A stretch of 64,000 nucleotides of DNA from assembly GCA_030390025.1 (NCBI GenBank), contig CM059432.1:30010001-30074000 (forward strand), written 5' to 3'. Position 1 is the stretch's first letter. The number at the start of each line of letters is the position of its first letter. The position numbers were made by a program, and so were the translations under genes. A model generated the notes under the pieces. The model was not told where the DNA came from and made no database searches. It saw only the letters and a program-made list of their open reading frames with translations. The DNA comes from Squalus acanthias. Its lineage: Eukaryota. This document shows positions 1 through 13,429 of this stretch, piece after piece.

Positions 1-18
1 CGACTCAGGAGCAGTGAC
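1..18 (-). CDS. zc3h3: 5' part of the next ZC3H3 exon (runs off the window)
   Basis: Strong acceptor tttctcctttctttcctcacag| at 19-40. AG|G TCA CTG CTC CTG AGT CG gives R-S-L-L-L-S-R, matching recalled human 'RSLVLNR' directly after the previous exon. Phases are compatible. Confidence 0.8.
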
Positions 19-859
19 CTGTGAGGAAAGAAAGGAGAAAACCTCAACAAAACAAGAATGGGATGGGATGCTGGTGAAAAGCCAGTTCCAGTTAAAATTA
101 CCTCTATCAGTCTCAAATTTGTGCTCCATTGATCTGTGCCTCTAGCAGAGTTTCTTTTTATCTATTTAATCCAAAAACCAGCTCAAGGTTTTATCGCTAT
201 TGCAGGACGTGGAAAAGAAAATGACAGTGTATAGTAAGAAGCGAATCACCACCTGCCTTCATACAGCTGCAAAGTATCTTTAGGAAAAATGCACAGTAAG
301 TGGAGGATGAAACAGGAAACACCTGATTCACACTACAGACTCATACCATCTCAGTCACCACAACTGCTGTATGCTGATACCATTTATAAAGATGCATCCC
401 CACCCCAACACCAAGTAAGACCCCCATTCTATTGATCCCCTCTCCATTTCTCCTAGTCTCCCCACAACCAGCACCATTTCTGGCTGACAAGGTGAAGAGG
501 TAACAACCTGCCTCCATTTGCTCCAAGACCAGATACTGGGAGGCCCACTGAGTACCGTCCAGGGCTCAACTTCCCTCCGATTCCCCTTTCACCTGTAGTC
601 AGATGGGCTCTCTTCACCACATCCCCATAGCGGTATGGCCGAGATCAAACTTTCAATGCGTAAGGAAGAAACTTCAAAAATTACAAGCAGCCTTTTAAAA
701 TGTTCTTATATTGGTGATATCAGGGAATCAGTGTGGGGAAGCTGGATTGACATCAGTAGAGCACAGCAGTGGACAGTACCTTCTCTCGCATCAGGTATTG
801 GCTGACAGGTGTGACTGACCCCAAGTGTGTGAAGGAGCTGGATTATCAGCAGAGACATT

Positions 860-1596
860 GGCCCAAAAATTAGTCCCGCTACGTGAGAGTACGCACTGCG
901 TACTCTCGCGTATTCTGTCTCCAATTGCCGGTTTTCTGCATGCACTGTGCATGCGCTGAAAACCGCCACTTGGTGAATGGAAAAGGGAGCGGGTCCTAGG
1001 TGCACCGCGTGCGCGCTACAGGCTGCGCGCACGCTGTGCACTTACTGGTTTCAACGCGCAGGTAAGTACGGAAGATTCTACACATAAAAAGAGTAAGACC
1101 CACTTTTAACAAGGTAAGTAGTGAATTAAGTATTATTTTGAATTTTTTTTAACAGGTATATCTTTTTTAGAGACTTTAAAGACAGGTAAGTTTATTTTTA
1201 TAACTTTTTAAAAGATTTTAAATTTTTTCAAAAATTTAATTTTTTATTTAAAATGGTTAATTTATTTAACTATACTTATTTTATTAATGTGATGGTTTTT
1301 AAAAAAAATTAATTGAGGTTTAGCGGTTCTTTTGGGGGGCTATAGTATTCATAACTTTCACAGCACTTATGTGAAAGTTATGAATGGAAGATGGTGTGCT
1401 GCCATTGGCTCTAACTGAGTCACGTGATCCCACAGCTCGCACGAATTAACTACGCCAGTGGGATACGCAAGCCCAGCACAGCAGCTGTCCAGAACATCAA
1501 GTTCGTGCGAGCTGGAACTGAAAAAGCCAACGCGCAGTGAGAGATCGCGGGGAGGCCTTACCCTCGCACGAAGGCTTCCTCACGAATTTTTGGGCC
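860..1596. mobile_element. MITE (PIF/Harbinger-like non-autonomous DNA transposon)
   Basis: TIR ggcccaaaaatt...aatttttgggcc, 3-bp TSD ATT/ATT, GC-rich palindromic arms around an AT-rich centre. Confidence 0.8.
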
Positions 1597-1639
1597 ATTG
1601 TTGTTTACACTGGGTGCTGCTTGGGAGGAGTTGGAAAGA

Positions 1640-1860
1640 ACTTTAATTTACATAGTACCTTTCACCTTCTCAGAAGGTCCCTAAACACTTCACAGTCAAT
1701 TAATCAATTTTGAAATGCAATCCTTATTGTTTAGTAGTCAAACATGGCAGCCAATATGTGCACAGCAAGGTCCCACAAACAGCAATGCAATGAATGACCA
1801 GCTAATCTGGTATGGTGCTATTGGTTGAGGGATGAATGTTCGCCAGGATAACGGAAGAAC
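1640..1860 (-). mobile_element. Deu-domain SINE 3' fragment (SacSINE1-like)
   Basis: Reverse complement of the Deu core and tail seen in the fuller copies (e.g. 60120-60595). Confidence 0.65.
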
Positions 1861-2109
1861 TCTAGCGAAAGGAGCTGGATAACCACAGCAACAGTCAGTA
1901 ACAGAGTGCTGCGTGAAGAACCTAGTAAATTGACAATTCAAGGGAATGCATTAATATTAATAAATATAGTCACCAACACGGTATCAGCTGGGAGAATTTG
2001 CTGTGCGAGGGAGCTACATTCACCAATTCTAGCATGGCATTCTGGAAGGATTCAAGGCTGCTATTCTGAAATTTTGAATCAGCCGGTAAAGTGAGTAACT
2101 GAGTCATAA

Positions 2110-3000
2110 CAGAACATATGGTTCAAAGTTTGATTCCCATCTGTGCTCAGTTAGCTGATGTCAGCTGTGTTGGCAATATGGGCGCTACTATTGGCCTTTA
2201 AGATGTCAGCCTTGGCTCAGTGGTAGCACTCTCGCCTCCGAGTCAAAAGGTTGTTCGTTTAAGCCTCACTCCAGAGATTGAGCACGTAATCTAGGTTGAC
2301 AGTTCAGTGCAATACTGAGGGAGCAGTGCACTGTCGGAGGTGCCATCTTTCAGATGAGACATTAAACCGAGTCTGCCCTCTTAGGTGGACGCAATAATCT
2401 CTCAGCACTTTTCGAAGAAGAGCAAGGAAGTTTTCCTGATTCCCTGGCCGACAAACCTCAACCAACATCACTAAAGAACAGATCCTATGTACATCATTTC
2501 CCACCATTTTCCAGGCACTACCACCCCGTTTCCACTGGAAAAGGCCTCAAAATCCCTCAGAGCGAGTGGACATTAGGCAGATTGAATTGCATGCCACCAC
2601 TCACTATCTAGGCTCGCACATGAAAAATGGCCTTTTGGCAAGATACTGGAGGGCTGCCAGCACCCATGGACATCCAACATAAGTCAGCCACTCCAGGAGA
2701 GGAAGCAGGGAAGAAAATTAATGTAGATTTATTGGTCCAAGTGAAAAGCCCCCATCTATGCATCAATATTCGCCTTTCAGATGAGACAAAAACCCCAAGA
2801 GATGGATGTAAAAGATCCCATGGCACTATTCAAAGATGAACAGGAGAGTTTTCCCTGGTGTCCTAACAAATAGTTATCCCTCAACCAACATTGCTAAATA
2901 AGATTATCTGGTCATTTATCTCACTGCTCTTTGTGGGAACTTGACGAGTGAAAATTGGCTGCCACATTGCCTACATTACATAAATGACTACACTTCAATA
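2110..3000 (+). mobile_element. LF-SINE-like fragments interleaved with Deu-domain SINE pieces (about 2205-2490 and 2750-3000)
   Basis: LF-SINE-like motifs tcagttagctgatgtcagc and ctaggctcgcacatgaaaaatggcc. tRNA-like head ggctcagtggtagcactctcgcc. Deu motif gtaaaagatcccatggcactatt. Confidence 0.65.
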
Positions 3001-3004
3001 AATA

Positions 3005-3485
3005 TACGAGCAGGAGTAGGCCATTTCAGCCCCTTGGACCTGTTCCACCATTCAATTAGATCATGACTGATCTGTATCTTAACTCCATTTACTGACTGGA
3101 TTCCACATCCCTTAATACCCTTACCCAACAAAAATCTATCGATCTCAGATTTGAAATTTTCAATTGACTTAGCTTCAACAGATTTTTTTTTGGGAGGGAG
3201 GGGGGAAAAGAGAAAAAGTTCTAGATTTCCACTGCCCTTTGTGTGAAGATGTAATTCCTGACATCACTCGTCAATCGCCTAACTTTAATTTTAAGGATAT
3301 GTCCCCTGTTCTGGACTACCCCATCAGAAGGAATAGTTTCTCGCTATCTCCCCTATCAAATCCTTTAATCATCTTAAACACCTCAATTAGATCACCCCAT
3401 AATCTTCTATACACAAGGGAGTACAAGCCGAGTCTATGCAACCTGTCCTCACAATTTAACCCATTTAGCGCCGGTATCCTCTCAA
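3005..3485 (-). mobile_element. CR1/HER1 LINE 3' fragment, decayed
   Basis: gagcaggagtaggccatt 3' terminal module and degenerate ORF2 C-terminus. Confidence 0.75.
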
Positions 3486-6400
3486 ACCAGTACATTTAAC
3501 AAACTATCATGCATTTATTACATGAAGATACAGCTCCAAAAAATACAAGCTGATACACTGGGCAAGTCAGAAATATCAACCGACAGCATGAAACATAAAA
3601 AAGCAAGTCAGTAAAATGTCTTGTCGGACAACTCCCAGAGATATTATATTGGATCAATTCAATTATGAATACAGCTAATTTAGAGGGAATTCTTCAATGC
3701 AGAAGCAGAAAACTGACGCAGCTTGACCCAAAATGAAGTCACTTTGGAATTCTACAAGATGACAGCAGTATCATGGGATGGAGAAGCTGAGGATCCAATT
3801 CCAGCATATGACAGATTGATGGGGCAAGTCGAGGAGATTCTACAGAGGTTCCTAGTCGGGTGGAAGTGCCATCCCAAGAAGAATTATCGACTGGTCTGAA
3901 CAGGATAGTGGAACTGAGATGGAACAGAATATATTATTCAAGCATTAGTGCAACTAATGTATGAGGTTCTTCACTTCCTGTATTACATATTAACGGATGT
4001 TTAAAGTTGCTGCTCATACAAGAAAGCATAATGGATAGTTAGAAGTTATTACAAGACAGCTAATAAAGGGGTTCTGCTGGTTCATATATGAAATAGTGGA
4101 TAGCTGGAGCTGGTTACAAGATGGAATCTAGTTGAGAGGTGGTTCAGATGGCTTTGTATAGACACCTCAAAGTGAATTACAGGATGTAATCTAATCCAAC
4201 TAATTCATATAGATACTGCAAGGCAGCAAGCTAACTGAGGGATTCAGATGGTTACATGTAAATTATTATTTGGGTGGTTATGTTCCTTCTGACTGCCATG
4301 TTAGACATCGGTGGGCAGTGCTACAATTCCTATGATGGTCTTGATTGTTGTAGTTGACATATGGTGCTACCTCATAACTTTCCTGACTATAGAAGCTGCA
4401 CCTGGACAGAAAGTGGATCATATCCGCAATTTCATGAACGGCGAAGAGAAGCATGAAACTGACAACTTGCTGGTTTCTACAGGAGGTATTATCTTCAATC
4501 CATATCTTGCTAAAAAAACCATGCAGGATTCTTTAAATGCAGGGATTCAATGAATGAAAAAGCCACTGGTGAAAGTATCTCATTCTCATGGTGGTACCAG
4601 CCAGAATTCCTGCTCCAGAAAACGCAACTGCCATCATCAGCTTCCAAGAAGCCAGCAAAAATAGAAGAATCCCATGAAATGGCTAACAACCACATTAGTT
4701 TTGACTGTCTGAGTATGTGGAAATGTGCTAGACTCTTTTCCAAAAAGTATGCTCATGCACGATGCAAAACCTTTTGACTTGTGAGGGATACAAGTCAAAT
4801 TGGTCGATTACCTGGCTGAAGAGGTACTTAGGACTGCCAGTGTTGGCATATTGAAGTGTTGGTGATGCACACAGGTGTTTTCAACTGTTTGGTACTCTTC
4901 ATCTTCTCATCATATTGATAGGCAGCATGGTCAGGGGGCACACTGAATATATCTGAGTCACGTACAGACAGATGAACAAAATTCCATGAGGAATGTGCGG
5001 AGGGTACTGCAAATGATTCATATCCAACATTTATGAAGATAATTATAGCTTAAGCATTTATTAAAGTAATTGTGTATTTGCTTTGCCAAAAATTGTTTTT
5101 CTGATTAAATCCTTATTAAACCCAAAATGTTCTAATCATCAAAATGTTATTTTATACATTCGGTATGCTGTAAAAAATTCCAATACATTCCCACAGTCCT
5201 ATTATCCTCATCATAAACTAGGCAAAATCAAACTAACTTGGAATGCACAGATAATAAATTTAAAAACACCATATGTAAAGTTCTAAGTAAATACTCTCTG
5301 ATCGACAAAGGTAAGGAAGAAAGTGCCAGAATATTCTTCAATCCACACATCTTCACAATTCAATTCTGGTCTACTGTGTGCTAGACAAAACCCTCCTATC
5401 CCAACCATCGCCTGGTTCACATCTTTAGAATCATGTCCCCTATTCCCCTTCCCAACATGTCCAGTGGAGTATTTAATCATCTCAGTCAAATACTTATCTC
5501 GAACAATGAATCCCATTCCTAAATAGTTACTTATCCAGCTGCTTTGAGAAATAGTTAATCATCTCAGCCTCAACTGCTTCTGCTGGGAGTCTGTTCCAAA
5601 CATCCACCATTGTGCAGGGGAAACAAAGGTTTTTTTTCCTGATCTCTCATCTCATTTGAAGCTTGTTAGCTTTAAACCTGTGTGTCCTCCAGTTCACGAA
5701 TCCAGTTGAATAGTCTGCTTACATCTACGCAACATTCTGAATCAGAAAAAATATTTTATATTGAGACAAACGTTCCCTAAGCTGAATGAGTCTGTTGTGA
5801 GCACTGGGACATCTGCAGTTAGCTCTGTATCTTTAAGCTAATTGTGCTCTAGACCATTTCGACAAGGTCACAAGAATAGGGGCAGGCATTCTGAAGCTGA
5901 GCATCACTTTTTATTCAAACCAGTGTCAAACTAATCCACTAAATTGTTGCCCTAACTCAGGGAATGAAATTTCTAAACAAACTTTATTATATAAAAAAGG
6001 AGTATAAAACTAACGATATAATAGGAAGGGCACAGATTCGGAGAGTTCTCCCAGTCTCGACATGGTGTGTCCTGTCATTTCTTTTCCATGAAAACGAGTT
6101 GTGCAATCGAAAGGCTTTAGTTAGCAAGACATGTTTCTGTGGGAAATTTCATTAAGGGACAAAAAGGAAAGGTATTAAGTGCACATAATGAAGGCTGGAG
6201 TGTGTACACTGCCTTAAGACACTTCTCTTTGCGCAGTGTAATGGGAGGCATGAACTCTAACTTCGAATCCATTTCTAATCCATTTGAAAGACTGCAGCAA
6301 ATTATCTGCCTTCAATGTGAAAGCACCAAACCAATTTCCTCAGAATAGAAGTGACAATACTGTAGAATTTATCACCATAACCTTGACTCCGAGGTTGTGT

Positions 6401-7019
6401 GGCAAGCTGAAACCCTACACAAAGAGCGTCGAATAAGGGTCGGCGATAATAAACACAAGGGGAGACTGGGTAAAAATGATTAAAAAAAAGCCAGAGGAAG
6501 AAAAAAAAAAATTGTCCCAGAGCAACATGTATCTATCACTTTGCAGTTTGCGGTCAATAGCAGTCAAAGTGTATGAGGGAGTTTCAATTCATTTCACTAC
6601 TGGAGTCATTAACTGCACAAATAACCTCTAATGTCTTGTGACAGTTTAAGCCTTTTGAGTACTAATTTTTTTCCGTGTGCCTGCATATGGTAGTTAGCAG
6701 CACAGTGAAAGGTTTCTGAATGACAAAATGACTAACATTATACTGCAATTTAAACCAATATTCATATCTTAAATGATAGCTTTTTCATGGTCTTATTAAA
6801 TGTTTTTTGTAAACCATGCCACAGGGAGGTGCAGGCAGTGTTATGAATGCAGTGATGATAAAAGGATGGATGATACTTGAGGATTTACATGTGTAAACTC
6901 AGACAAATTACACAACAAAATTTCAACTTCAATTTTTCTGTCATTCAGCTCATTTTGAGCGTTTAACGGCAATATTCATCATAATCCATCTATTCCTTTT
7001 AGGTTCTTATAAGTGATCA

Positions 7020-7520
7020 TAGGAACAGGAGTAGGCCATTCAATTAGATCATGGCTGATCTATACCTCAACTCCATTTACCCGCCTTGGTTCCACATCCC
7101 TTGATACCCTTACTAAACATAAAAATCAGCTTGGCTCAATGATAACACTTTCCTTTGAGTCAGACATTGTAGGTTTAAGTCTCATTCCAGTATGTGAGCA
7201 CATAAGCTGAGCTGACATTCCAGGCAGTAGTGAGGGAGTGCTGTGTTGTCCAATGAGATCTTAAACCAAGGCTCTATCTGCCTCTATACTGTGTTCCAGG
7301 TAGAAGTTAAAGATCCCATGACCATTAGAAAAAGATCAAGGGATTCTCATGGTGGCCCAGACATAATCCTTCCTCAACCAATAATACCAAAAATATAACC
7401 TAACTATATGTGAAATAGCTGCTGTGTTTGCCTACACAACACCTCTAAGAAATTTCTCATATGTGAAGTGCTTTGAGATGTTTCAGATATGTGATAATGC
7501 ACTATATGAATGCAAGTTCC
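7020..7520. mobile_element. Short CR1 3' end (-) followed by a decayed Deu-SINE (+)
   Basis: aggaacaggagtaggccatt...; ttggctcaatgataacactttcc...aaagatcccatg. Confidence 0.6.
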
Positions 7521-7857
7521 TCTTGCTGAATTTCTCTCCTTCCTCTTTCTTGAGCCTCCCATCTTTAGTCCACCGGGCAGATGGCCAATTCCCAGGAAGC
7601 ACTGATGCTGCTCTGAATCCTATTGCAGAAGAAATGTCTTCTTTCCCATCCCAACCACCTTGTCTTTGATGCAGCTCAAATTTGTATGGAGGATCTAATA
7701 AATGCAGAAAGAACTTGCATTTGTATGGCACCTTTAACATCCTCAGGGCATCTGAAGGTGATTCACAGCCAATGAATTACTTTTCAACTGGAGTCACTGT
7801 TGCAATGTAGGGAAACGCGACAGCCAATTTGCACACAGCAAGGTCCCACAATCATTA

Positions 7858-8404
7858 CATAGGATATACGGCACTGCAACAGGCCATTCAGTCCAACCAG
7901 TCCATGCCGCCGTTTATGCTCCACTCGAGCCTCCTCCTGTATTTCCTCATCTAAATCTATCAGCATAACCCTCTATTCCCTTTTCCCTCATATGCTTGTC
8001 TAGCCTCCCCTTAAATGCATCTATACTATTTGCTTCAACCACTCCCTGTGGTAACGAGTTCCACATTCTCACCACTCTTTGGGTAAAGAAGTTTCTTCTG
8101 AATTCCCTATTGGATTTCTTGGTGACTATCTTATATTGATGGCCTCTAGTTATGTTCTTCCCCACAAGTGGAAACATTCTCTCTGTATCCACTCTATCAA
8201 AACCTTTCATAATTTAAAGACCTTTATTAGGTAACCCCTCAGCCTTTTTTCAAAGAGAAGAGAGACCCAGCCTGTTCATCCTTTCCTGATATGTATACCC
8301 TCGCATTTCTGGTATCATTCTTGTAAATCTTCTCTGCACCCTCTCCAGTGCCTCTATATCAATTTTATAATATGGCGACCAGAACTGTACGCAGTATTCT
8401 AACG
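7858..8404 (-). mobile_element. CR1 LINE 3' fragment inserted in a minus-strand Deu-SINE (about 7705-7855 and 8405-8555)
   Basis: ORFs contain LEYCVQFWSPY..LERVQRRFTRMIP and FFTQRVVRMWNSLP. SINE halves resume on both sides. Confidence 0.85.
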
Positions 8405-10407
8405 TGGTGAATGACCAGATAATCTGTTTTGATGTTGGAAGAGGGATAAATATTGGCCAGGACACCAAGAGAACTCTCTTGGTGCTTCTTCGAATAATGC
8501 CAAGGGATCTTTCACTGCCACCTGAGGGGACAGACAGGGCTTCAGTTTAACATTCCCGGGATTTCACCTTGAACCGTTTCATACAAATCCAACGTGCAAC
8601 GTTACAGTAGTACAGATTGTCTTATGTTCAGTCCACTGTGGAAGACTAGCCCTGCTAATGGTCATAATTCACATCACAAAAAGCACCGAATGCCAAATCA
8701 TTTCCTATTCGTGATTTAATATCCAGTAGGAGTGAATAGATCTATTACCGTTTAATAATGAAATACATTAAAACCTATTGAAATGGAAAACCCATCTCTC
8801 AGACCCCATTACAAAAAGTAGTGTGAGTGACATCTCTGTAGGAGAATAGGCTAGAATTGCAAAGTAAATGGATCCTACCTAACCAATTTCAAATCAATTT
8901 CAAAGAGGAAAGTTTTAAGTATGTCTCCTGCTCTGCACGATTCTTGGGTGCAAGAATCAACACAGATCATCTCATTTGGGCCCAGGTCTGTTAATTCATA
9001 CGTAGGGACCAATGCAGTTCTATGTCTTAATAGGGTTAAATCTAATAAATAAAACATTTAATTCTCCCCCTTCCCAGTTCCTAATTTCCACTGCATTTGT
9101 ACTTTGAGGGCATGATTCAGGAGATCAGCAAAGGATGAACCGGAGATTTGGTTATTTTTGAAGAAGAAACTGGCTGAAAGGCTAAGGAACAAGGTCCCAG
9201 CAACCATCAAAATTGAAGAGTAGGATAAAACAAACAGTGGATTAGAATCGCATCATAAAAGGACACTTCCTTTCTGCAGGTCACTATGTGGTATCGGTAG
9301 ATGCTATCGTGAAAGATCTGGTCCCCACTGTCCTACCCTTTGAGGTAAAGGAGGAAAATAAATGAATAAGTAATGTTTAGATGATGCCTAGCTTGCGTTT
9401 TAAAAGCCTGAAGGTTGTAGGAGAAAAACTGAAGGAGGTAAGAAGTGCTACAGTTTTGAGGTCCTCCAAAGAATTAGTTAAAGTAAGAGACAGTACAATA
9501 AAGTCTTGATGTCTACACAGTAAAGATGCAGAAAGAAGGTAGGGAGAGCATGCAGGATGCTGTACTTAGAACTTAGAAGGAACAAAAGTGGAAAGTTCAG
9601 CGGAGCAATAAGTACAGGTTTATTGATAAAACTGAGAAAGACGAGGAAGATTGTGACAGAAAGAGAAAGGTTAAAGACTTTAGGTGAGAGAAGATCACCT
9701 ACCAGGCAAATTTTTATTTTGTATCCTGTACAGGAATTTGGAAGTGTGCTGGAGGAGCTGCCCTTGAAATTGGGAGCAGTATTCAAGTCTTGACGAGCCT
9801 TGGGCTTTATAGAGTTAAGTGAAATTAAGAGGAAAATTAGTGTTTGGTCAGTGAAGATCTAGAGCGCTTTCAGGTTTCAAGATATCCCAACACTCTCCCT
9901 GCCACCCCACTTGGTGTTGTATAGCCTGTGGTTAGGACTTTCCAATACTTCATTAGAAGTACAAACACTGGAGTTTTACATCAATATAAACAGTACGTTC
10001 TTACTTAGTCACCCAGTTGTAAAAACACTATGCTCTGGATGCCCTACAGGGAAGCCTCAATTGTTTACCTAGACAAACTAGAACAACGACGACAACTTGG
10101 ATTGATATAGCGGTAGAGTTGCTGGATCAGGAGCCAATTTAGGTTAACAAGTACGAGGGTAATGGGTGAGTGGGAGTTGTTATAGAGGTAGAAGTAGGCA
10201 GTCTATAGGAGAGAGAGGATAAGTGAACCTGTAACTTTAAAAAAAAACTTAATTCTCCCTAAAACCAGAGCAGCTATTAGTATTTCCTGTGACACCATTC
10301 CATTCAGTACTTCATTATTGTACCATCATCTTATGCTTCAACAAGCAAAAAAAAGAGCAAGATGAGTTGAGAACACTAATTTTTGGTGAATAAAAAAAAA
10401 TAAACTT

Positions 10408-10700
10408 CTTGCGTATGAGGTGAGTACGCACCCGTAGGGGCCGTGCAAGTTCCAAGTTTAGGCATGCGAAGCGCATGCGCTAAAACCCAGAACTTGCGAT
10501 GTCAAGAATCCTTGACAGATTCTCCACATCCCCGGGAGAAGGGCCTCTGTGGGTGGAGAGTTGCGCTATTTGCCCAACTTCCACCTGCTGAATGCCCGTG
10601 AAATTCTTACGCCTGGTAAAAGGCCTGCTTTTACCAGCATAAGAGTTTTAAAAAATAGAAAAATAAAATTTATCACTCCTCCGATCGCAAATTTTGGGCC
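10408..10700. mobile_element. Truncated MITE related to 860-1596
   Basis: Shared gagtacgcac and gcatgcg..gcgcatgcgct motifs; right end aaattttgggcc. Confidence 0.55.
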
Positions 10701-10912
10701 CTTGTTTTTGTAAAAATGTCTGTCAATAGACAAGTGATCCTACTGGAGTACCTGATAACCTTTTGAAGACCTCTACTGATCGCTGTTTATAGGTAGATGT
10801 AAAGCAGGCATGTGCTCAGAAATAAAACAGCTCTTCACCTGGGCCACTGATTGTAAATGCAGGATTGCAATTAATGGGCTGTAGTTAATTAGTGCTGGGT
10901 GGTGGGGAAAGA

Positions 10913-11345
10913 GAAACATAGAAACATAGAATCTAGGAGCAGGAGTAGGCCATTCGGCCCATCGAGCCTGCTCCACCATTCAATACGATCATGGCTGATC
11001 ATCCAAATCCAGTACCCTGTCCCTGCTTTAATCCCCACAGTACACATATCCCACCCTACCCCCGTAACCCCACGTATTTAATTCCCCCTAACATATCCCA
11101 TCCTATCCCCATAACCCCACATATTTAATCCCCCCCTAACACTAAGGGTCAATTTATCATAGCCAAATCAACCTAACCCGCACATTTTTGGACTGTGGGA
11201 GGAAACCGGAGCACCCGGAGGAAACCCACGCAGACACGGGGAGAATGTGCAAACTCCACACAGACAGTCACCCGAGGTCAGATTCGAAGCCGGGTCTCTG
11301 GCGCTGTGAGGCACCAGTGCTAACCACTATGCCACCGTGTTGCCC
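10913..11345 (-). mobile_element. HE1-type V-SINE, full length, young
   Basis: tRNA-like head, V-domain (gtttgcacattctccccgtgtctgcgtgggtttcctccgg), CR1/HER1-derived tail with (tttctatg)n, probable TSD aaaga; nearly identical to 54295-54728. Confidence 0.9.
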
Positions 11346-12341
11346 AAAGATGAACAAAGATGAGGGGGAAGAGAGAGCAACAAAGATGAGGGGTTAAGAA
11401 GAACAAAGATAAGGAAAAAGATTGGAGTGACTGATCTTTTCTAGTTTAATATTTTTAAAGAGACCCCCCTCCATTAGAATTTTGTAGTACAGTGGTATTC
11501 TCCCAGGTGGTTCATTTAAGATTTAAAGTGTGGTAAACCTTTTATGTATAATCCCAGGAGTTTACCTATAAAAAGCAACAACTTGAAGAGGTGGGGGAAT
11601 AAACCAATGCACAAGGAGTTCATCAATAATCCTGATCCATGTCCTTTGGGGAAAAACACGTCAACTAAAAGAGCACCTGAAAATAAGCTGCATGTGAACT
11701 TTTTTCTAAAAAAGGGCCATTATTGACATATTGAGGAGTTTTCAGACAGGCAAAGATCTTGAGAAGTTAGAAACGCCTGCACAGTTCTGAAAAAAGCATA
11801 CAAGCACTGCTGTGATGGTTACCAGGGCAAATGTTAGCCACAGTGGAAATTGAACACGCTGCATTGTAAACATCTAAATTTTTACAATACTCCAACAACA
11901 CAGTTTCTAAAGAATACAAAAGAGCAATGCAGCGAAGCCATGGTCTTTGAAACGGGGAAGCAGAGGTAAGGGCTATATTTCAGCACGCCACCAAGGCTGA
12001 AAAAGGGTAGGAGATAAGATAATGTTAATTAAGAAGTAGTGGTTTGGTGATGACAAACATTAGTTTTAAATCGCTTTCGATTGTAGGAGGAAGGTAACAT
12101 GTGCTGCAGGTTTTTATGCATCACTAAATATCATTGCATGCTTATATATGTATAGACTCTGCAGTGATTTAGAGAAGATTTACAAGGTGACCCAGCCTCT
12201 TTAAAAAAGCATACCTATTCATGTGACACTAGAAGCTAACCAAAGCAATTGTAATCTAAAACCAGGGGATTAACCCTTTAAATGGAGGATTGAAACCTCA
12301 CTGAAACAAATAACCACATTAGTCAAATAGTATTTTCTCCT

Positions 12342-12479
12342 AAAATAACAGAAAATGCTGGAAACACTCAGCAGGCCAGGCAGCATCCGTGGAGAGAGAA
12401 ACAGAGTTAACGTTTCAGGTCTGTGACCCTTCGTCAATTATTTCAGATTTCCAGCATCCGCAGTACTTTGCTATTGTAT
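12342..12479. mobile_element. Minimal Penelope-like insertion: inverted pLTR piece plus 3' tail
   Basis: Homologous to 44342-44947; flanked by degenerate direct repeat tagtattttctcct / tagtatttttttcct. Confidence 0.7.
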
Positions 12480-12789
12480 TAGTATTTTTTTCCTCCCTCT
12501 TGCTCAAGTGATTCCAAAAGCAGTTTGCCTGGACAGGTAATGCTTAAACAACAACTGTCCCAGCTAAATTGGACACATCTAGTCAGACTATCAAAAGCAA
12601 TTGCGCAAATTCTGACCAACAACCTGTGGTTGTGTAAATGTACAAAAGTCGTTTGCATCCATGTCATACCACAGGTGAGCAATAATAAGCTGCAGTTATT
12701 TACATGGTCGTCACCAATCAAGATGATGCCTAAACCCTGGAAAACAAAGCATCAGCTGCGTAAGTGGTCTGTCCATTACAAGGCTGCTC

Positions 12790-13110
12790 CAATGGCTCAT
12801 TAGGTAAATGCACTGTCGTACTGAGACATACAGAACAGAAGGGTTCCAGGTTCGAACCATAGACGGTGCTGAGTTAGCCGGTCTCAGCTGGGGCAATGGT
12901 TGAGCACCCTGGGGTATGGAAGCGGAGGAGGAACTGCTGGGATCCCGCTCCACATTACTTATATATCTACCTCTTAACAGGAGTCATCTGCAACTGGTTA
13001 GCTACATGTACTATCGAAGCTCAAGTACAATAATGGCTACTTGGATGAAGTAGCAGAGGGTAACTACCCATGAGGGAGTCAAAGAAAAAAAACTTGAAGG
13101 GGGAAAAAAG
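12790..13110 (+). mobile_element. LF-SINE-like element, decayed
   Basis: tggctcattaggtaaatgcactg...ggttcgaacc...gctgagttagccggtctcagctggggc. Confidence 0.6.
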
Positions 13111-13429
13111 ACAGGTGAGAATTATTATAATTTTAAATTTCAAATGACAATATTTGAACTCCCAGGTGATATTTTCTTATCTTTACTCCCACTCTTTACA
13201 TAAAGAATATCTGGCTTATGATAAGCACTGAAATAAATTCTGACATTATGGCTTCACAAATCCTGGTGTACAATAGAGTTTTTTGTCAAGTCACGTGATT
13301 TTATGTTGGGAGCCATCTGCCCGTCCTTCCGGTCATGTTATCCCTCCCACAGAAACAGAAAAGGATGCAGACAAAGGTCGATGTTTGCGCTCATTGCTAC
13401 AGGACTGATAGCAGGCATTTCCACTCGGT

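Noticed and set aside
9380..9850. Possible old L2 endonuclease remnant (also about 35200-35900)
   Set aside because: Too degenerate to support without an alignment.
11270..11345. tRNA genes at SINE heads (also about 45030 and 54655)
   Set aside because: They are tRNA-derived SINE promoters continuous with SINE bodies, not stand-alone cloverleaf genes.
11188..11397. Repeated ORF MDCGRKPEHPEETHADTGR (also at 54571)
   Set aside because: Antisense translation of the V-SINE core, a common false protein.
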